Source: Kudoa neothunni
Lineage: Eukaryota > Animalia > Cnidaria
Length of the DNA: 64,000 nucleotides
Direction: 5' to 3'
NCBI GenBank assembly: GCA_964304625.1
Contig: OZ199839.1
Coordinates: 759,616-823,615, forward strand
Shown: piece by piece, positions 55,285-64,000 of the stretch
How the letters are laid out: every line of letters begins with the position of its first letter
Position numbering within the stretch: position 1 is the first letter of the stretch
Position numbers and translations under genes: made by a program
Notes under the pieces: generated by a model
The model's input: only the letters and a program-made list of their open reading frames with translations
Databases searched by the model: none
Told to the model about the DNA's origin: nothing

Positions 55285-56836
55285 GGACAGTGGCTAATCG
55301 CATGGAAACGAATAACTCCTTCATTATAGGCGATATTTCGAATCTGACTTTATATTTGAATTGCGCTATTTTTAATCTAATTTTTACGTAAAAAATGTTT
55401 GAAATTTGAAGAATAAAAATTCAACACTTTGTCAGCCTATTTACACAGTTCACTAATAGTACACTCAAGTTTTGAGTCTAATACTGTGTAATATAAACAT
55501 TATAATTGAAATAAAAATTAAAATCATATTCTAATAAATAGAAACCGTTCTGTTCGTGAATTCTTGTGCCATCCACCATGTCTGAATATGCGCGTGAATC
55601 CCATTTAGTTGTGGGACGTTCTATTTCGTGAGACTATTTCTAAATTAAAAAAAAACTTTGAAATAACCGAAATCTGTAGGACTAGTTTATATATTACATT
55701 AGATTGTAGAAGAGAAATTTAAGCTTGTGTAAGATATAAAATACCAATCGCATGGAGTAGGTCTGAAAAGTGGTGTCATTATTGCTTTCAATGAAGCGCT
55801 TTTAAATTGATTTGTTCGAACTTATACCTTTTATTAAAAAATATTATTGTACTGTTAAAATTTCAAATGTGGTTATTTTGAGGAAATTTTTGGGGCGGAC
55901 AGCTAAACAACCACAGCTAATGGATAAGTTGATCAATTCTTCATTGGAGTGAAAATTGATTTTTCTGAGCTATTAACATTACACATCCCTCAGTATCAGG
56001 AAGAAAATACTTGCAATCTTAAAATGAAATTTTCCAGAACAATCCAAAGTGTTCAAGGACGAATTAACCGTTATTTTAACTTCAACGTTGTTTATCATAA
56101 TACTTACAACATTTCTTCGTTAGGTCGCTTTACAAAAGTCAAAAAAACGTACCCCAAAAATCACCATTCAAAAATTTTCATTTTATACATTTACCCATTG
56201 AGACGATACCAGAGGAATTAATGCAGAAAATTTAGATTCATCCTGCTTGTTAAACATTGATAAATGAGTTTAAATTAACAAGTATAGGTTCTGTATTCAC
56301 GAATAGGCACCATGAAAACCAGTAAAAATACTTCTGATTGAAGTAAATACATTATACATTTGTAGGGATAAAACAACGAAAATTCTCCGAAATTATGGAA
56401 CAATCTTATAGATACATATGAAAAGTGGTTTACATCGGTGTAAAATAGTTTGAATCCAATTAATATCCATTAATTACCGACAATTTTGTTAAATTTATTT
56501 TAAAAAATGTTTAGATAGAAACGTACATGTTTCGTAAATGATTGAAAATGACTTATTCTAAATTGAACTACGTACGTTGAAAACGTATTAAACTAAAGGT
56601 TTCTAACCACCATTAGATATGTTTATATTACACAATATTAGACTCAAAAACGTGAGTGTACTACTAGTGAACAATGTAAATAGGGTAGACAAAGTGTTAA
56701 AGTTTAATTCTTTAAATTTCACACAATTTTTACATAAAAAATTAGACTAAAAATAGCTCGATTCAAATATGAAATCAGATTTGAAATATCGCCTATAACG
56801 GAGGAGTTATTCGTTTCCATGCGGTTAGCCACTGCC
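55285..56836. mobile_element. DNA transposon remnant with ~215-bp TIRs, probably Merlin
   Basis: 55285-55500 is the inverted copy of ~56620-56836. The termini are GG and the 8-bp TSD TATTTTTA is perfect. The interior is eroded. Confidence 0.75.
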
Positions 56837-58116
56837 TATTTTTAATCCTAAATATCAATCGCGCATGCGCAATCAATTTTTTATCTCAGTAACTCCTATT
56901 TATATTTGACGTATAGAGTTTATATTTTAGGATCTGTTGTATTTAATTATTTACCGAACATCGTCCTATAAGGGTTAATCTTGGGGGTGAACATTAATTG
57001 CATTCACCTGGTATTAACATTATTATCATTTATTCCCAACAGTTACTTTCAAAATGAAATAGCACACAAAATTTTTATCTTATTATTCTTTTCTCACATT
57101 TCGAATAAGTGCGAGCAATCATTTTTCTAACGAATTTTGAAGTTATGGCGCACATAAAAATTCTCACTTGTCTAGATCTAGGTAGGATGATATGTGGTAT
57201 GTGGGCTATCAAAATTTATCGTTATGAGCGTACAAATGACATAGATTGGCTACAACAAAAACCATTAATTATAAAAAATATAAAAATCCTAATAATAACT
57301 CAATTTCTAATTAATAATTTCCTAAATAATTCATGTATAACTTTACATAACAGAATTATCTGAAAATAAACAAAAATATCAATTTATAATTTAAAAAATA
57401 TAAAATACAATGTGATGTAACACCAAAAAAAGGAATAATTATCCCAGCGTAATCACTCCTAATTCACACCGATGATGTAACTCACTTATAAATTTTATGA
57501 AATTCCCCCTAAATAAAAGCTCTGGTTAATTATCTAAATTTTTTAGAACTGTGTAAACTGCATAATACTACTAAAAGCTTAATTATTAATTTATATCATG
57601 TAGAAACTTCAATCTAATCATAAGTCATGGTTGGTTATCACTCAATCGGTGGTGTGTCTTGATTTATGTCAAATGTATCGATCGCAATCCACAATCAACT
57701 TTGAGGTGGTTGGCAATGATAGATAGGCTTTACTCGAATTTTGGTTGCATTATTTTTAGAATGCTTTAAATAATCTCACCCCAACCACCTGACATAACTT
57801 CAGATCATTCATACACACAATTTAATAGAGTCTATTCCACTCGCATCTATCGTATTCATTACAATTAAACCAAATCTTCAAGCTATACACACACAAATCT
57901 AATCCTATTCATATTGCATTAACAACCATTTGCAACTACACTAACAGTCAAACGATTAACTGTAATAAACAGTGTGTGGAGATGAAGCAATAGCAATAAC
58001 AACGCAGCTAGCAGTTGAATGCACTTAAAACTATTAACAGAGTTTTCGATGATAAGTTATGAGTGGATGTAATGTGTGTGGTTCGATTAGAAAAAGCGGC
58101 AGCACTGTGTGAAGGA

Positions 58117-58633
58117 TTATTGTTGGGGTAGGTCAGACTCGAAATCGCTGTTTATTTCGAATGAGGAGGAACTATTTTCTTCTAAATCAGAGAGAAGGTT
58201 ACCCGTTTGGGGTCGACTTATCCTCTGTGAGATGCCACCAACAGCAGGGATAACACTTGAGATGTTGTTGGCTAAATCATGATGATTATTGATGATTATT
58301 CGTGATAGTTGAAATGTTGGTTGGTTTATAGTTACCAGCATAGGCGGGTTCTAATGCAGCTTTGATTGGTATAGTGATACCTTTGGCTTTGTTCATGTTG
58401 TACTCTCCGGAATCGAAGTATTGTTTGGGTTTGGCCATCCGCCTTTTGAAATTGTCGTTTTCGCTATTCATACTATTTTTATCCTGAATAGAATAATAGA
58501 ATATAGGTTGGTACCAATGGAATTCGAATGTTAACATAAATATGGATTAAAACTTTTAAAACACCCAAGCTGATACACAAAAAGGTGGATTTAGCTGGAG
58601 AAAAGGAATTACGTTGTGATAGGTGGGGTCCAT
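58117..58633 (-). CDS. ENSA: Endosulfine (ENSA/ARPP19 family PP2A-B55 inhibitor), 3 exons
   Basis: KQYFDSGEYNMNKAK matches the endosulfine signature KYFDSGDYNM. The exons join in frame through two GT-AG introns. Confidence 0.85.
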
Positions 58634-58980
58634 TGTTCGTGAGATTTTTCGCCGTAGTAGTCGTGCGCGTCCAACCAATTAATTTGCAATAACCAATCCT
58701 CCGTATATTGCGCAATTTTAGCCACCTATACTTATCCATGGGGTCAATTCAATGGAAGCTGTTAATAACCGGGGTTGTTAAACAATCTCAAGTGTACCCC
58801 ATTAAGATTTTATTCAACCAATTCAAGTTAATGTGTTTTGACCGATTTTTTTTAATTTTAGGTGTCACAAAAATACACGATCATTTAAAACTACTTTTTG
58901 TTGTTTATCACTTTTTAAAATCAGTTTTAGTTTTATCCTATTATACCGATTTTAACCGAAGTTATGTTGTGACATTTGAA
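58634..58980. promoter_or_regulatory. Candidate bidirectional promoter between ENSA and ETFA
   Basis: The head-to-head start codons are 347 bp apart. The interval has two CCAAT motifs and CGTGCGCGT at 58662. Confidence 0.55.
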
Positions 58981-60397
58981 ATGCAATTTTTACGTTTATT
59001 TGAGTTAGCACGCCGCAAAAATTTATTTATTGTAGATAGATTTCTGTAGAGAGTCCTTATGTGATCGGCACACATTTTTAGACTCAGTCGCACCGCAACT
59101 CTTCATTATCAACTTTAGTTTTTGTGGAGCATCGAAATCAACACTATAGTAACACATTGTTGAATACAATAACAGCTGCTTTAAAAATTGGGGCCGACAT
59201 TAGATGCATCGTCCTAGGAGATGATATTATGGATGTGATTAGTTGTGGCACTCGAGTAGTTGATATATTGGAGAATATTTGTGTTAGGTGGTCGATAAGA
59301 TTGCATCTATAGCCTCTGTTTCCATAGTTTACTACAAACAATGCGATAGTTTTAAAAATCCCATTCCAGGTGCTGCTTATACGTAAACAATTTTCTAACG
59401 CTCGATAAATAGAGCTTGTTTGTCCATTTGTCCACGAATTTTGTGAAATACATCGAGAAATTTCGACTATAATTGCGCCATCTACATCATTTTATCAAGT
59501 TGTCTTGGTGTGTTTCTTTGAATTTTGAAATTCGGTTGATTTAGAGTGTGATTCCTCGATTGGCATCGTTTTTCAAGGTTGCCCCACTTACCGATGTAAT
59601 CCGTGTAATTGATGAGGATACGTTTTGTCGACCCACCTACGCGGGAAATGCCATCACTCATGTTAGATTGTGTGAACCATACAAAATCATTACTGTCAGA
59701 CCAACAATGTTCCCTGCAGTTGAACAACATTCTACAAATAATACTAATACATCTGCTGAAATTATTGAAGTTGATGTTGCTACTCGAAAAATTGGCGATT
59801 CCTTCCACTCTATCCCTGTGTGGCGCGGAGTGGAAAAACACGCTGATAATGAGCTTCCTGGGCTGGACAATGCAAAGATTGTTTTAGCTGGAGGTTAATA
59901 ATAATGAGTTGAAGTTGAGTTTCAAATTAAATACAATTTCTATAGGGAGGGCGTTCAAAACGAAACAAAATTTCGAATTGCTATATAACCTGGCTAATAA
60001 ATTAAACGCTACTGCTGGTCAATTTTTTCAGTTGATAAATTTTTATTTATTCATTTTCAGTGGGAGCTTCTAGAGGTGCTGTTGATTGTGAATTTTGCAG
60101 CACCGATATTCAAATTGGCCAAACGGGAAAAATTGTGGCGCCCCAACTCTATTTCTCCTTCGGTATATCCGGCGCAATTCAACACATTTCAGGCATGAAG
60201 GATAGCAAGGTGGATCTGTTGTTTTTTTTTAAATCGCAAATGATTTCTAATACATTTATTCGGTCGTTTAGACGGTTGTATCAATAAATACTGATAAGGA
60301 TTGTTCTATGTTTAACCATTCAGATTATTGTGTGGTTGATGACATTTTTAATGTTATACCAGAATTAGATCGATATATCGATAAACGTAGAGGATAA
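58981..60397 (+). CDS. ETFA: Electron transfer flavoprotein alpha subunit, mitochondrial, 8 exons
   Basis: Arg-rich targeting peptide, [27 protein letters not shown] and [31 protein letters not shown]. There are seven GT-AG introns. Confidence 0.93.
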
Positions 60398-60789
60398 TTC
60401 GTTGTTGTTATGGGAAAGTTTTTGTATACAACTTACAATAATGTTCATTTTTTATATTAGCGTTGCAATCAAAGCATATAAAATACACTTCAAATACATA
60501 TTTTCGAGTTATTTTTTCAAAATATCTTTGATTATATCGAATTAAAATCTTCTTAGTTACAATATTTTTTTAAATTTCCTACCTTTGTGTCGGCATTCAC
60601 ATAGAATAAAATGAGAATATTGTTTTTAAGAAGAGTAGAAATGAAAAATTTGCTATAATGAGATCGGATCATTTTCATTTTCTCATATCAAATATATTTA
60701 AGAATACTGAATAATTTTGAGTTTAAAGTTGAGTGATATAAATGTCTGAATAAATATTTTATACATTTTTCGAATTTATTCCTTGTCAG

Positions 60790-61068
60790 TCTGAGGTTTG
60801 AGGTTTGAGATTTGAGGTTTGAGATTTGAGGTTTGAGATTTGAGGTTTGAGATTTGAGGTTTGAGATTTGAGGTTTGAGATTTGAGGTTTGAGATTTGAG
60901 GTTTGAGATTTGAGGTTTGAGATTTGAGGTTTGAGATTTGAGATTTGAGGTTTGAGGTTTGAGATTTGAGGTTTGAGATTTGAGGTTTGAGATTTGAGGT
61001 TTGAGATTTGAGATTTGAGGTTTGAGGTTTGAGATTTGAGGTTTGAGATTCGAGGTCTGAGGTCTGAG
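60790..61068. repeat. 7-mer minisatellite (TTTGAGG/TTTGAGA)n, ~40 units, mostly alternating as a 14-mer
   Basis: Directly visible. It has degenerate TCTGAGG units at both ends. Confidence 0.95.
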
Positions 61069-63442
61069 CGTGAAAAGTGGGGTGGGGTTATTTTGCAGTG
61101 CGAAACTAATTTTAGGATCTTTATAAAATTATTAGATGGTATAATTAATTTTTAGAAACTTTTGGTCAATATTGTTATTGTATCAATATAATAAACTTTA
61201 ATTTGAATTTTCCAGAGATTTTTTTGAATATAAGAAATAATCGAGAGTTTTAAAACTAACAAATTTAGATTTAAAAATCTACACCGAATAATGTTGAAGG
61301 GTGATACAGCCTTGGTGATTAGTTATAATGAATTAAAATAGTTACTGTGTAGTCATTTGTGAGTATATAAAAATAGTTATCATCAAACTTTGGATAAATA
61401 CAACATTTCGTTTGCGAATTGATTTCCATAAGAGTTATAGTTTATAGTGGGATTTTCCATAATAAAAATTGATATTGAATATTTGAGGCGGAAATTTTTG
61501 TATGATTCATTAAAACTATTAAGATAATCTTAGTTATACGACAAAAATCAATTATTTTAAAGAAATAAATTTTTAGCTGTGTCACTGACAATATTATTGA
61601 CATTAATTAATAATAAATCGAAAGAATCAAAAATGACAAATCATCTGCCATTTATTTTTAAGGAAATCCCCCTATATTAAAATATTTAATTTTTATTTTA
61701 AATTAATATCTCCTATTTAAAAATTTAAACTTTTTGTCGTTTTTAATCCTTTTATTTCTTTCTAATTAATTTTTAGCCTTATTGGGATATCTTTTAAGAT
61801 CGAACTTGTTGATCCATTCATCCTTATTTTATTTAAATAAAAATATTAGTTAAAGCTATACAAAATTAAATATCTAAATAGTTTTTAGTGATGGGCCACA
61901 TTTTTTAATTTGAACAATCTAGACATTGATCATTTGTCTTCCAATGCTTTAAGATAAATCTTTAATTCCATAAAAATTTCGATTATGGCAAATATTTATG
62001 TAATGAGCTATACGTGAGTTTATGGATACATTCACACGAGAATAATATCTATAATGCCATAATAGTTAATTTATATATGTACCTTAGGCAAAAATTATTA
62101 TTCCGACAACTTTTTATAACATAAAATCTATAGTGAATGGAATAAACGTTTATTAACAAAGAAGAGCATCGTAACAATACAAATATAAAAATTGGTATCG
62201 CCTAAAAATACGTGTTATTTAATGATTGAACAAATTTAAAAATGATTAGTTCATTAATTTTAAATTGTTAATACAGTTAGTGACCGGTTTTTACGTAATC
62301 GCTTCGATATTGCGGATAAATGTGTGTAAAATTAGTAACGTTCAGTTTTACGCATTTATTTGCGCGCACATATAATTACGTAACTATTTAATATAATTGA
62401 ATTGTATATATTTAAGAAACAATTAGTTTTTTCATTTAGATATAAAATAATTAGTTGTTTTGGTCACCAAAAATTAGTCCAAATACTTGAAATATAGCTT
62501 TTACCATTGCGAAAATGATCGATTGATCTTTTTTGTCAAACTTTGATAATTTTTTAAACTCTTTTTAATAAATTCGCAAATGAAGACAATAATCGATTTG
62601 TTTTCCATCATTTAAAAATTTTTATTTATGTTTTTTAAGGTGCTATTGGGGTTGGATATGGAAGATATGTCTAGTGCTTTATAGCTTTATAGTAACAAAT
62701 TTGGCTGCTTTAGGGGAAATATTGTGGATTTATTATTTCATGTTTGATTTTATTTTTTTAAATTTCATTTAATTATTTCGAACATTAAACAAAATTTATC
62801 TAATTTTTTTCAAAAACGTTCAGAAGTTACGTGATTAAACAATCTGGAAATTCCGCAACCTTATTATATTATTTAGATCCAAATTATCTAATAAAATAAT
62901 TAAAAAAATATTATGTATTGATTGTACATTTGATTATCTTTATGTAACTAACTGTAGCTATACGGGGTCTTCCTTTTAACATCTCGTGGATTAATGCCAA
63001 ACATGCTTCTTGTGTAAAAATATCGAATCTTTTGTAAGCTGATTGATTAAATTATATCAAAAATTTATACTTCTTCCTATTTTGAAGTTGTATAACCATA
63101 AATTGAAGAATTGTACTTTTCTTGCTTGCTTTATTTATTTTTTCACTCATTCATAATTACGATTATATTTTTTGAAATAAAGAATTATTTAAAAAAAGTC
63201 AGTTAAATCAGTTTTACTACAGCAGCTAGTAAATATCATGCAACCTCCTTGAGACCATTGAAAATTGGGTGCTGTCATCGTAAAAACCCACTCTACAGAC
63301 AGCTATTCACGCATTATTTTAAACTAATACTTGAGTTAATCTATAAATCTAGCAAAAATAATAACGATCCATCCTGTCAAGTTAATAGAGTTGTTATGTA
63401 TTCAACATTCATTAACGACGAGTATCATATTAATTACAGTAT

Positions 63443-64000
63443 ACAGTCGAACCTAAGGATATTGCGTAATTTTTCGAGGATGAAAACAAGTTATGCAATA
63501 CAACAGCGTTTCTCAACTAAAACTGTACAGCATCCCTTTGCATACGATAAGGTTTAACTGACTCAAAATTTCTCAAAAATTATTTACAATTTTGATCGGA
63601 TCTCGCATCCCCAGTTGAGATATCCTGCAATAAAGAGTATTAGCGCGAGCGCATAACGTATAAACAACAAAAATTTATTTAGGTTTAAAATTAAAAATAA
63701 CCGGTAATTTCAGTTTTTTCGCACAAATTTTTGATTATTTCAGATACAAACTCCATAACTGTGTGCCTTGAACATAATGATGTTGAGTTTCCTGATTAAA
63801 TTAATTGATTGTTTGAGTTCCGCAGTTGACACAAGCGCTTCATCTATTACAAAAGTTGGATCGAAATTTTCTTGAAATTTATCAGTTGCATACGCTTCAG
63901 GTAAAGCCATTGATTCCTCATGTATTTCCCCTCTTCTTCAATATTGTTGATTTCGTCATATTTTTATCTAAAAATTAAAGTTAAGAAACAATTAAATAGT
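63443..64000. mobile_element. Possible pogo/Tigger end running out of the window
   Basis: TA|CAGTCGAACCT terminus only. The partner TIR is not visible. Confidence 0.3.

Noticed and set aside
60790-61068. Canonical telomere, CRISPR array or repeat-coding exon
   Set aside because: The unit is not TTAGGG and there are no spacers. The minus strand is stop-free but has no start codon or splice context.

Overview
Eukaryotic, strongly AT-rich animal DNA with very short GT-AG introns (mostly 40-50 nt). It looks like a compact parasite genome (myxozoan-like), but the taxon cannot be proven from this window. I spliced eight intact genes by hand: an SLC46-like MFS transporter, a CTR/SLC31 copper importer, a clear PRDM14 orthologue, ZNHIT3, an 817-aa type-I membrane protein built from tandem 4-Cys FN3-like modules, a 1467-aa orphan with a large Q/N-rich C-terminus, and endosulfine (ENSA/ARPP19) head-to-head with ETFA. 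Between the genes are decayed, often nested transposons: hAT, piggyBac, Merlin, pogo carrying a solo LTR, Helitrons and a tRNA-derived SINE. There is also a 7-mer minisatellite. The best candidates for new biology are the modular 4-Cys FN3 surface protein encoded by symmetric exons, a two-tier splice-donor code (degenerate donors on short introns, perfect GTAAGT on the longest), PRDM14 with an upstream GATA cluster, and an ACGCGCACG motif shared by two genes just upstream of their ATGs. All gene models are manual and lack transcript support.
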